Origin: the human T2T-CHM13v2.0 reference genome, Homo sapiens
Reading direction: 5' to 3' (one strand)
DNA: 64,000 nucleotides
NCBI RefSeq assembly: GCF_009914755.1
Contig: NC_060925.1
Each line of letters begins with the position of its first letter. Position 1 is the first letter of the stretch. Under the pieces are notes generated by a model. That model was not told the origin of the DNA, ran no database searches, and saw nothing but the letters and a program-made list of their open reading frames with translations. Shown here one piece after another: positions 29,720 to 41,520 of this stretch. The position numbers and the translations under genes are program-made.

Positions 29720-30559
29720 TAGAGCTGGCTACATAATTTGTGGGGCTCAGTGCACAACGAAATCTGGGACTGCTTCCTTACAACATAGGAAATAATGTCA
29801 TTAAATGTGTAAGCACATGCAGTGTTCGCCTTTCCTCCACAGTCTCTCTCTCTCAATTCTTCATGCTGGTTTTATTTGCTATTTAACGTCTTTCTAAGCA
29901 AAAAGAACAATTAACATTTTTTAGTCGTGAGCACAAATTTTACTATCCATACATATATTGTGCAATGCCAGTTACAAACATAAGCATAGGTGCATTTAGC
30001 TCATGTGCAGAATCACCAAAATAATGCTATTTGTGTTTCACAGCTCACACATGCATACGTATTACATTCTTTCCAAAAGGGTGGAAACACTATGTAAAAC
30101 TAGCTCGACTTTTAAAATTTCAATTTTTATCATTCATATATCCTACCAACATTCTCTACCTTCAGCTTATTGATGAGTAAGGAAAGCCTGAAAGGAAAAT
30201 AATTTATGGCCTACCCTTTCTGTTTCCTTCTATGTCATTTTCAGACTAAGTGGGAATTTTTAAAGTAGGTTACAGTTTCAATAAGATGCTTATCTTGTTT
30301 TTCCACTGAGCTTCACATCATCGGTCCCCTGGCATTTTGTGAACACCACATGTGAATGGGACCACAGGAACAATGGCAGACTCACATACTGTATGTCCTC
30401 TGCTCCACTGTCCCATGGGACTTGATTTACAAAATACAAAGATGAAATTGTTTAAAAGTTCAAGGTGATAGTGGCAGAGCTTTAAACAAAGTAAGGGTAC
30501 CTTCTCAGCATGGAGCCCTGTGCAAACACATAGGTCACAGGCCCATGAAACCAGTCCTG
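29720..30559 (-). mobile_element. MER45-family hAT non-autonomous DNA transposon
   Basis: Ends gctggctacataatttgtggggc and gcccatgaaaccagtcctg resemble MER45 termini. Confidence 0.7.
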
Positions 30560-31493
30560 ATGGTGACATGAGGAATGAACCTCCAGTTCCCTCTCCTGAC
30601 ACAGGAGTGCAAGGTGACTGAAAATAATCTGAGAAGTCTTACTCAAATTCATAGAGCAGGAAAGGGGAGGAGATGCTTTATATAGAACTCTCAATGCTGC
30701 TGCAGATGGGAGCATTCTGTAGGGCAAACACAACCACAGGGAAAGGTGAAGGGCAAGAGTCATCTTACAAAATAGAGTTCTCTTCTAGTGAAGTGGGAAA
30801 GAGCACTCAAAGGAAGGTGAGATGAAGGCTTACCAAGTCCCTGAGAGAAAGAGAGACCAAACAGAAAACTAGATTTGTAAAACTAGCTTCTGCTACAGTG
30901 AAATCTCTAACCACAGAAACAAAATGAACAAAATGGGCTCCTCAATTTATGACCCAACCCCAGCTCCCACAAGCAACTGGACTACTGAAAACAGTGGATT
31001 CTTGTCTTAGATGGGGTTAGGTTCTAAAATGAGTTATAAGGCTAAAAACATCCCTAAAAATCCCCCAAATTGCATATACAGTATATGGGCTTATAATCTC
31101 TAAATAATCCTAACACATCAAATATTTCATCAAAATTGAAACAGACCATCATTTTTATAACTGGACCTAAATTAGCATAAATTTCTATAATTAAGCACCC
31201 AGTGACATAGGTGGCTTGCTTTAGAGGTATTTGCATTTAAAATAGGAAGAGGACAACTAGAAGAAGCTCTAAATCCTATACTTAAAAGGTCTGTGGAAAA
31301 GAGTAGTTTGATATCTCTCATTTCTTGCTCACCTTGGAACCTATGTGGTTGGAAAAGTACCCTGCACTTTTTAACATTTATAATTTTTTCTTTTGTTTGC
31401 CATAGAAAGTTGTACAGATAAATGAACTGTATATGATGTAACTGCAGGGTAATGTAAATTTGCATCAACTAATTTTTCAGCTTATAATCTCTG

Positions 31494-31551
31494 TTAGTCT
31501 AAAATTTATGATCCAGGATCACAAGAAAAATTTAAGAAGAAAAAAATGCAA
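31494..31551 (+). repeat. 58-bp dispersed direct repeat, copy 1
   Basis: 54/58 identical, ungapped, to 32820-32877. Confidence 0.93.
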
Positions 31552-32203
31552 TGGATTATTTTCAAAATAAGAAGTGAGATGATCTGAGTGGATTAAATTT
31601 GATATTGAATACACAGCCACTGATTTGAAACAAATTTCAGATCCAGTTAGAACTCTCCTTGTTCAAGAATGGGTAAAAAGGGGGAAAAATGACACTAACA
31701 TGGGACCTACGAGTAGAGTTTGCAACATTGTGGGTTAGTGTTTACCATTCTGGGTCATTCCTCCAATACATGGTTCATCCCTTCAATATGTGGATTCAAA
31801 TCGTCTTTAACTTGCAAAAGTTTTCTTTGAAGTATACACTGTAGCTCCATTGTTATTCTGTTCCATTATTTTGATTTTCTTTAAGTACTTGAATTATATG
31901 TATGTTTCCTATACCGAGCTTATATTTCTTATGTAATGAATTCAACCCTCCCAAAATAAACTTTTAAAGAAATGGGCATTTTCCCGCTATTCATAAATGC
32001 ACAGATTTAGTCTTCATCCAGATGAATATTTTGCATTGTGTAGTCACACATGTAAATATGCTTTCTACTAGTGCTTATCTGTATGTTAGTTGCTGCTTTG
32101 GTAATTCTGAGAAAAAGTGAATTCTTATGTCCAAGAAATGCCTTGGTTTAGAGGTGACCATGGAACAGGAGATTCTTGTTTACCTGTGGAATTTCTCTTC
32201 CAG

Positions 32204-32352
32204 GTGTCTAAGATCGTGGATGCTATTTACAGGCAACTGTGTGATAACAATTGTATGAAGGATGTTATGTTGCAGGTTATCACTTTGTTGACATGCACTT
32301 CACCCAAGAAGGTCATCTTTCAACTTATGGACTACCCAGTTCCAGCAGACGA
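32204..32352 (+). CDS. MROH9: MROH9 coding exon (VSKIVDAIYRQL...MDYPVPAD+GA), 149 nt, phase 0-2
   Basis: tttctcttccag|GTG; donor CGA|gtaagg; within ORF 32117..32356. Confidence 0.92.
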
Positions 32353-32819
32353 GTAAGGCCCCCCAACCCTCTGTCCCTTCCACAAGGGCTTGTTCACAGG
32401 CTGCACTGTCAGATGGACCTGGGTTCAACTCTCAATCTACCATAGTCAGGCCTGGTTTCTTTTTTCTGAAAGAGAAAATCTATTTTTGCACCATGTGGGA
32501 TACTTGTAAGACTCAGATAAGATCATATGTGTTATGCATATCTTTGTATAATACCTAAAACACAATAGGCCCACAAGATATGACCAATGTCACTATTATT
32601 TATCTGAGGCTTTAAATTGTGTTCTGTTGCACATCCCAGAGGAACAAACCTCTCCTCAATGTGATAATGGATTTTTATTCCCGTTTGTGAATTTACTCAT
32701 TTTTGTTGAGGAAATAAATTTGTACATGTAGTGTTTTTCTTGTTTATGAAGGACAGACATAAGATATTTCTACATACCAATAACAGCATTAAAATTGGGA
32801 GTCCTGTGTCCTTTAACTA

Positions 32820-32877
32820 TTAGACTGAAATTTATGATCCAGGATCACAAGAAAAGTTTAAGAAGAAAAAAATACAA
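32820..32877 (+). repeat. 58-bp dispersed direct repeat, copy 2
   Basis: 54/58 identical, ungapped, to 31494-31551. Confidence 0.93.
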
Positions 32878-32999
32878 ACGCGAGTCTATGGGACAATATG
32901 AACCTAACAGGCACATTAGAAGAGCTTAGAAAAATCACACCACTCCATTTCTACAATTGGCATAAACATTGGAAATCAAGGTACTACTTCTCTACTATG

Positions 33000-33225
33000 A
33001 ACAGTGTAAAAGGCAGAGAGTTTTATTTTGAAGAGGACTTGGGCTTTGGAAACAAATGAATCTGTTTCCATCAACTTTGACCCTTACATTTTATGTGACA
33101 TTATGCAAGTTTGATAAAACTCCCCGATGCTAAATTTCCTCATCTAGAAAATGAGGAAAGTTCTATCTATAGATATGTTATGTGGGTTGCTTAGTTAGTT
33201 AATGTCTGTGAAAGGGCATTGAAAT
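33000..33225. mobile_element. MIR remnant
   Basis: ggctttgga...tgtgac...tttcctcatctagaaaatgagg motifs. Confidence 0.6.
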
Positions 33226-34512
33226 AAACAAAACTCTAAACAAATCACATAACTTTATTTTTCAGACTGAAAGATGGTATTTATTTAGGAAGCTTTAACT
33301 CACAAAGTATTTTACTATTCATAAAATTCCTAGAAAGATCTTTGTAAGATGATTTACTCATCCAGGAACTAAGCACCCACTTTGTGTAAAGTATTACTGG
33401 CCCTCAAGCATTTTGCTGAGGAGAGGGAATATACCCACATGTATACAAGCTAAAAATTGCCAATAAATCTGGTACAAGCAATATGTGCTGAGGAAGTACA
33501 GAAAGCAGGCATAATTTGTTAGGTGAACTTAATCAAAGCTGCTACCAGCAGGTCTAATTCTATGTGAGGATTGAGGTAGAAAAGGCCAGGATTTGGAGTG
33601 AAACTAAACCAAAGAAACACATGGAACATTTGCTCAGCCAAGAGGTATGAACAAGTGGTAAGACAAGGAGACACGGCATATGAGAGTTGATGTCCATGTG
33701 ATTCTAAGTGGGACCTGTAGGCAGGAGCAGGTGGGTAGTGGGTGCTACAGAGCTGGGTATTTCCATATTCCAAGGGATCAGGCACCTATATGATGAACCT
33801 AAACACAGAAGGCTGAGCAATAAGTGTCAGAACCCAGTATGAATTGGCAAGGTATCAGAAATACATCGGTGTAGAGATGTATAGCAGTTTCTAAGATAAG
33901 CAATAGTAAGACTAATCTTGAAGAGTGTCGAGTATATAGGAAAAGGAGCTAGGGGACTGGAGGTTGAGAGGCCAGGATTTTAATAGCATCTGTGTCACTC
34001 ATTGTGTGACATTTGACAAAATGGCTCACTCTTCTGAGCTCAGTTTTGTTTTTATTTTTATTATTTAATTAGTTCATTTTTATTTAGGATTTTTTAATTT
34101 TTATATTAATCTACATATTAATTTATATTCCCATGCCAGTTTTTAAATATTCTATTATTCCTGAACAAACAAAGTCACAAGGCCAGAGGAACAGAGGAAG
34201 TATAGATTGCAGAAAGCTGATCAGTTCTTGACAGTGAGCTAGACAGACATTTAAATTGCAGTAGAAATGAACTTGCAGACCAGACTCTGGTATTTTCCAT
34301 AAGGTTTTATTTAAATTCTTTCTCTGTTTTCTAGGATAAGAGGTTTGTGGGATCATTTGGAAATAGGAATCTCAGTTTGCTTTGGACATGTCTGCAGTGT
34401 CTTTGCTATATAAAAATGTAAAACCAAGACTATTTTCCTGATTCTTGTTATTCTATCAAGTAGGACATGACAAACATGATTCTCATTGTGTGGGGTGGGG
34501 CTGTGTTTGCAG

Positions 34513-34678
34513 CACTCTGATACAGATGTGGAAGGCGGCATGTTCTCAGGCGAGCGTGGCCCCTCACGTGCTGAAGACAATCTTATTGATACTGAAAGGA
34601 AAGCCTGGGGAAATGGAGGACACCGTAACGGAAGGGAAACGTTTCTCTCTTGATATTACCAACTTGATGCCTTTGGCG
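34513..34678 (+). CDS. MROH9: MROH9 coding exon (TLIQMWKAAC...TNLMPLA), 166 nt, phase 2-0
   Basis: tgtgtttgcag|C; donor GCG|gtaaat; within ORF 34445..34771. Confidence 0.92.
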
Positions 34679-34789
34679 GTAAATAACACGATGAGTGTTT
34701 CTTCTTCTCAGTACTGTTTTCCTGATTGTGAAAATCCCTATCTGCCCACAGACTCAATCATACTTTCTTAACACAGTCCTCTTCTCATG

Positions 34790-35245
34790 CATCCATTCAT
34801 GCAACACATATTTATTGAGTGTCTATTATTTGCTATGCCCTATTATGGAGCTTACATTTTGGTAAGAAACACAGACAATGAACAAATAAATGTGTTGTAA
34901 GTCAGATGGTATAAAGCTTAAAAGAGATATATAGTGGTGTGGAGGAAAGAAAGTGACTGGCAAGGTTTAGGTAAGTTGGTCAGGGCAGGCCTCTCTGCTG
35001 AGCTGGCATCTAATCAGAGACCTGAATCAGGTGAGGATTTGATCCTTACATATATCTGAGTTAGAGAGTTCTAGACTGAGAGAAGGGAAAAGTCTCGTAT
35101 TGATGGACACTTACCTTGTATGTCAGCGAATACAAGGAAGCCAAAGAATCTGAGTGAATTGGGCAAGGGAGATGAAAGTATAGGAGATGATATGAGAGAA
35201 GTAACCACTGGCTAGATCATGTAGGCGTTTGTAGTCATGGAAAGA
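34790..35245. mobile_element. L2 remnant
   Basis: cattcatgcaacacatatttattgagtgtcta tail motif and ggagcttacatt. Confidence 0.65.
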
Positions 35246-35388
35246 CCTAATCTCATTTGTGTCCATCATTTTATTCTCCTGAAAACCAAAATCACCACTC
35301 CTGGGAGTAAATTAAGGTCTTGCAGAGACAGAGTAGTATAAAGTTGGCATTGCTTCACAAATGTGAAATGTTGGAATATGTATTTCTA

Positions 35389-37272
35389 CGATGCCAATTA
35401 CAATCCCTAAAGGCAAAATCCTGAACACCATAATCCTGAATATCGAAATTCCAAAATATCAAAATCCCAAAAGTCTAAAATTTCTATCATCTAATTGAAT
35501 CCCCAAACTGTAATGACAGGTTTGGAATTAGGTGCAATCAAGGCTTCTAAAAGTGAATTTCAAGTTGTCACTAATAAAGTTTGTTTTTTCCATTCAGTCC
35601 AAAGCATTTCTAGGAAAATTCAGATGAGGGGATTAGCTAGGCAATATGGCAATGATGCAAACTTTAGTGGTAAAATATGTCATTTGTTTGCATTGACATT
35701 CCTTCCAGCTGATGAAATTCCAGGAGCTTTTGATAAATTAAAGCCACATATGCCTTGAATAAGCCAGAAAAGTTACTGACTGGTTTGAAATTAATTGTGT
35801 GTACAGTAGGAGAAGACACTTATGCAATGGTGTTGCTGTTCAACCATCAGTATTGTTTCCTCCAAATCTGTGGTCTTTCTATGAGTGCATGTGAAATAGA
35901 TTTCTGCATGCCAAAACATCATAAAAGCATGGCACAGAAGACGGGAAAATTTAACAGGGAGTGCTCGAGTTAGTGTATGTCAAACCATAAAAGAATTTCA
36001 AAAAGAGTAGCATCACATATAAAATAAATGTGAACATATTCTCCAGGGAGAGCCATGCCGTAAAAGAGAAAAGAAAAAATAACAGCCATTCATCATAATA
36101 AAGGACTTCAAAATATAATCAATGATCATAAAAGTTGACCAGCTCTTATGAACCACCTCTATGCAATTGCCCATAATTTATTCCTATTGTTTTTATATGT
36201 TGAATTTTCTTTTTAGTGTGTTTATTTTCTTTTTAATGTATTTTTCTCTCTATTTTAAGTTGTCAGCATTATTTTCTCCAATTTGCTATATACTACATAT
36301 TTCATTTCCTAGACTGCAGATAAAAATGTAAAGACTTTTAGAGGGTTCTAATTATTTTTATGCATTTTGCAAATTTGTCTCCATGAAGATGCATTGTCAC
36401 TGTATTGACTTTGTGTGTAAGCATTGCGCTTATACATAAAAATGCTGAAACTTCCTCAATAAATGAAGTGATGCATTTTTGTATATTTGCCTTTTTCAAG
36501 AAAGATAAAATGTATTGAGATCTCGGCTCTTTGGGTGACTGCATATGTGGTGGTGATCCATTGGTCTGTCTTGTCAAAAGACTTAGGTTGTCCACCAAGG
36601 GATTTCAGATGACCACAATTATATAAGCTATTTCTTTGTGAATATGGTTTGTCTGCCCATAACTGTTACCCACGTGACTGCTGTTAGTATACCTAAGTGT
36701 TTTATGTTTGGAAAAGTACATATGTTATTATTGCCTAATTTATTGTATAAAAAGACCTATGAAGTTTTCTGTCATGTGTTCATGTTTCTCACATGTCATT
36801 TTAATTTTTTAAAAAATTTTCTATTTTTGTGGGTACAGAGTAGGTGTATATATTTATGGGGCACATGAGATGTTTCAATACCAGCATATAATATAAAATA
36901 CGCACATCATAGAGAATGGGGTACCCATCCCGTCAAGCATTTATTCTTTGAATTATAAACAATCCAATTACACTCTTTATTTAAAAATATATTATTATTG
37001 ACAGTAGTCACCCTGTTGTGCTATCAAATAATCTTATTTATTCTTTCTAACTATTGTTTTATGCCCATTAACCATCCCCACCTCCCCCATCCCACTACCC
37101 TTTCCCAGCCTCTGGTAACCAATAAATCTCATTTTTAAGAATGTAAACACGTCTTTAAAATTTTTAAATTATTTTTCCCGAGTTACATTTTTGGGAGTTT
37201 GATCTCCCAGGATTTCAATATTCAGGATTATGGCAGTTGGGAATGTGTCTTTTAAGATTATAGCCCAGACCC
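35389..37272 (+). mobile_element. Ricksha-like MULE/MuDR DNA transposon fossil
   Basis: Long inverted termini (ccataatcctgaatat / atattcaggattatgg), decayed 9-bp TSD gtatttcta / atatttctg, and a MULE transposase-like peptide in ORF 35495..35758 (VMTGLELGAIKA...CFFH). Confidence 0.85.
36810..37120 (-). mobile_element. L1MA-type 3' end inserted in the Ricksha element
   Basis: gtgtatatatttatggggcacatgagatgttt...ttcccagcctctggtaacca. Confidence 0.8.
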
Positions 37273-37737
37273 ATATTTCTGATGTGGTGACCTCCCGCCC
37301 ATATTGCAGTAGTCAATAGGCCAAATGATCTGTTGGTGACCTGACCTGCCTTCCCCTTAAATATCTCACTTCCTTGTATTGTTTGAGCACAGGTAGGACC
37401 TAGGTTATTAGTATGACTGCTCTTCATGGCCACATAGGAAGGGGACCTTGGAAGGGAAGCCTACCTTGGAAACCAACCTGCATCCCACTGGTTTGTCATC
37501 CAGGGTGTTTGTATAGTGCCTTAAGAGTTCCTTACCGTAGTAGGCTTGACACAGTTCCTAGCTCACAACTGATGTAACGGCTGTTATTAAATGAATGGAT
37601 ACCCATATGTGCTTTAGGTTTTCTTCAAGGAGGCTGAAGGAGGGGTTGCAGAGTCACTCTCTTGCTCCCCTCAGTAAGGTTGACCGGGTTTAGAGAAAAA
37701 TGTTTACATTTCTACCTCCTATTTCCTTCCCTTATAG

Positions 37738-37880
37738 GCATGCCAGGCCCTGTGCACCTTTCTGCCTCTTGGTTCCTACAGGAAAGCGGTGGCCCAGTAT
37801 TTCCCCCAGCTCTTGACGACTCTTATGTTCCAAGTCTTCTACAACAGTGAGCTGAAACCGATACTCAAGGACAGGGCTTT
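37738..37880 (+). CDS. MROH9: MROH9 coding exon (ACQALCTFLPLGSYRKAVAQYFPQLLTTLMFQV...KDRA+TT), 143 nt, phase 0-2
   Basis: ttccttcccttatag|GCA; donor TTT|gtgagt. Confidence 0.92.
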
Positions 37881-38855
37881 GTGAGTTAAAACTGGTTATT
37901 TCAGATTAAATAAGAGATAAGCGTCCAGCTGTCAATACTTCTACCCTCTTGGGTTCATATGGGATTCTTTACAGTCCCATGTGCGGTGTGTTCATTTATT
38001 ACAGTTTTCTCTCCTCTGAATGGTAGAATGCCTTCAGAAAAGTAACCAGCCCAAGTACCTAAAAATTAGTTCACCTTCCCTGAGCATGTGTAGTATATAA
38101 AGAGCCGTGACCACAGAACTCTGTTGATTCCTACCACACTGCCTATCAGATCAGTAAGAGACTACCACAGAAAAGAGAGCAGAGCATTAAATCCAAAGTC
38201 AGATACATTTTTGCTCTGCCATTTACTTACTTTCTGCTAGTAACCTCTCAGGGTTATTATACATATAAGATTAAAAATGATGTGCTCAAGTGTACTTTGT
38301 GAACTGGAAAGTTAATTTGTGGTTGGAGATGTGATATATGGGTTTATGACTACGTGCAGTTGTCTGTCCACATAGAAGTTTGGCAATTCCATTTTGCCCA
38401 AGGGTGTACAGTTGATTTTGCTACCCTGCAGGGAAATCTCAACCCACCTGTCTACTATTTGCCCTATTCTCTAAGATGACATACATCAAAGCATCCCAAC
38501 TAGATAAGAATATATCCTATTCATTTAATAGAAGAAAATGGACATCTTTAGCAAGTCATTGCGTCATTGAACATCTCTTTCAAATTATCTATTGCAAATA
38601 AGCTAGTAATAATAAACAAATAAGGTGTTCTGCGATTGATGCTAGATTTTGTGTGCCACAATTTTAATTTAACCCCTATCCCATGTACTGTTAATCAGGG
38701 AAGATGAAGGACATTTAGCAATCTTTTTCCATTGAGACATCCCCTTTCTCAAAACCTATATTCTGCCCAAGATGGGATTAAAAGGCAGGTAATGTGTATT
38801 TAGTTTTTTGAATATCACCGGCATGTGATGACTTTGCTCTCTTTTGGGGCTTTAG

Positions 38856-38993
38856 GTATGCCCAGGATGCCCTGAGAGTTCTGCTGAATTGTTCTGGACT
38901 GCAACAGGTGGATATTACTCTAATGAAGGAGAATTTCTGGGACCAGTTATCTGAAGATCTGTGTTACTATCATGGAGTCTGCTTTATTGCTAA
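38856..38993 (+). CDS. MROH9: MROH9 coding exon (YAQDALRVLLNCSGL...YYHGVCFIA+AA), 138 nt, phase 2-2
   Basis: ggctttag|G; donor TAA|gtaaga; open frame. Confidence 0.92.
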
Positions 38994-39734
38994 GTAAGAA
39001 CAGGGGTCTCTGTGTAGGATTCTTGGTCTCTATCCTACCTTCTCCAACTTCCTTCAATAAGCCATGCGGGAACAAGATAGGCATCTATTCCAATTTCCAA
39101 ATCTCTCTTAATGATCTGAGTTGCTATTTGATTTCTACTTCTTCAATTATTTTGAAGCGTTTTTATTTGTGATTTTTTTTCCTTTTTCTTGCCCTCTTAC
39201 CTGATAACATAGATGCCCAATTATCCTCCCTCCACAGAACAGGTTTCTTTTCTTACAGATACAGAAAACTAGAAGTGAGTTTGGTTTTTTCCCTCTGATT
39301 TTAGCTGATTCCTGCACAGCAGGCATCAGTTTTAGACATGTTTCCACTTGAAACAGGTCCAGTAAAAACCTATACTCAACAAGCCAAATAAATTTGGAAA
39401 AGAATAGAAGAGAACTTTTATTTTTCTTGTACTGGAAAGGGGGTTTTCTAGTTAACCCTTTAGTGAACAGCAAGTTTCTGATTGTAGGGATCAGATTTTC
39501 TGATCAAGAATCAAAATACGGGCTGTTGACAACATGACAGACTAAGACTACTTCAAGTTGTGACTGATCCAGAAACTACACTCTTTGTGGTCTATGGGGC
39601 CTTGATGCTTTTATAACAGCATCTCATTTGCAAATGGATTTCAGGAACACATGCTGTGTTAAAGTGTAGTACATCTGCACCCTGCAAGTTGTCACAAGTT
39701 GAATGTCACTCTAAGGGTATCTAAGAAGTAACTT

Positions 39735-39901
39735 TGGATATTCTTACTCAAAGTGGGGTCCACAGACAAGCAGCAACAGCATCACCTGAGAGTTAAAAAT
39801 TCAGAATCTCATGGCCCACCTCAGACCTACTGAATCAGAATCTGCATTTTAGCAATATCCCAAGGGTGATCTGTTTGCACGTTGCAGTTTGAGAAGCACT
39901 G
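39735..39901. mobile_element. MER5A (hAT-Charlie MITE)
   Basis: ctcaaagtg...cagacctactgaatcagaatctgcatttt...gtttgagaagcactg. Confidence 0.85.
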
Positions 39902-40502
39902 GTTTGGAAGACCAACTGGGAATCTTAAAATGGAAACTTCCTCATGTTATCCTTTGCAATTCTGCCCTTACTGATCTGATCCAGGCCACCATGTCAGTAC
40001 AAGTGTGAGGCTGTCCACCACCCAAGTGTGTTCTGGAGAATGGCATAGTGAATCAGAGCTCATCACCTCCTTTCCTGGCTAATCCAGGGCGGTCCCAAAC
40101 TCTCATCGGCGTTACATCATTCAAAGGAAGAGCTTGGTCCAAAACCACAAAGATGACCTGTATGCAGCCATCTTGGACTAAGCACTAGATTTTTATTTCC
40201 TCTCCCTTTAGTCAAGAATTGATGGGGAGCTTGCACTAAAATAGGACATTCTGTTCTGTGGCAAAGGATGGGAGAGACAGGAAAGAGAAGTGACATTAAG
40301 GAAAGAGATGTTGACAGGGATCCAGTTATATGTAATTCTCCAGAGTATGTGTAGAATTCATAGTGGGACAATTTATTTAGGGAATATTAAAGAATATCTT
40401 TCATCTGGGAGGTGCAAGATATTAGAATAATGATTCTCTCTTTGCCACTATTAGCATGGTGTTTTCTCCTTTGCTAATTCAGTGCCTTATTCTCTTTTAC
40501 AG

Positions 40503-40623
40503 AACTCTCAGTGAATATAACTTTCCACAGTTTCCGGAGACCCTGAGTTATCTCTATAAGCTCTCAGTAGAAGGTCCTAGAAGGTCAGAAGACACTGTCA
40601 TCGTATTAATATTCCTCACTGAA
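40503..40623 (+). CDS. MROH9: MROH9 coding exon (TLSEYNFPQFPETL...IVLIFLTE), 121 nt, phase 2-0
   Basis: tctcttttacag|A; donor GAA|gtgagt. Confidence 0.92.
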
Positions 40624-40749
40624 GTGAGTTTTGTAGACTGTGAACAGCTGTGTTCTCATTTCCTTTTCTTACCCAAATTTAAATCAAAATTCCAGTTTCT
40701 CGTATCTCTCCCTCTGAATGTTGGTTCTTACCAAGACTTAAGATCATGA
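40624..40749 (+). CDS. MROH9: Read-through extension of the preceding exon: alternative C-terminus VSFVDCEQ...YQDLRS* (short MROH9 isoform)
   Basis: The frame stays open for 41 codons past the donor to TGA. AATAAA occurs at 40946, 41133 and 41272. It agrees with my recollection of a shorter annotated isoform. Confidence 0.7.
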   Translation: MSFVDCEQLCSHFLFLPKFKSKFQFLVSLPLNVGSYQDLRS

Positions 40750-41520
40750 AAGATATCTGAAGTCGGATGGGGAGAGGTGTGGAGTTAGATCTGGGTTATG
40801 GAAGAGTTGTCCCTTCAGCTTTCCCCAGCAGTTGGTTTTTCTCTGTTTCTAGGGGTGTGAATTTGTACAAAAACTAATTATTTTTTAGGACCAGTTTATA
40901 TATTTCTGCATGATTGTTAAAGTATATTGAGGGATAATTGGGTTTAATAAAGATGGTAGTTAACATCTGGGATCTAGGCAGTACTTCTGACCATCTAGAG
41001 GGAGAAAGGAACTGGCTGAGTAACTGGGTAAAATGAAGATGTGGAACCATATTACTTTGTATATCAATATTGTGCCATGTATTGTAATACTATAATGGAA
41101 TCAAGCAAATTGACAAACTTTTGTTTACAAAAAATAAAGGCTTTATAACCTGAAATTATCAAATCTAATTTTTTCATTAAAATAATAATATAATAGGCAC
41201 ATATTACCTAAGGTGAAGTGCCCAATACTTTCAAACTTTGAGGTGATTTCAAACACCATAGGAAAACGGTTAATAAATTATGAAAAGCATACTGTTATAC
41301 TATACCATCTACTTCTAAAACTTTCAAAAGTATACATAAATTAATTTAACTGAACATTGTGGTAGTCATCAATGATTTCAAATATGCTCAGTCTATTTTG
41401 ACCTCTCATTAATTTTACTGCGTGACTCATTATTTTTATTGAATTGACTATTCTTTGCCCGGTGTCTATTCTCGGCTTCTTTATCAATCTTTAGTTGACT
41501 ATTTACAGGTGGGTTTCTTT

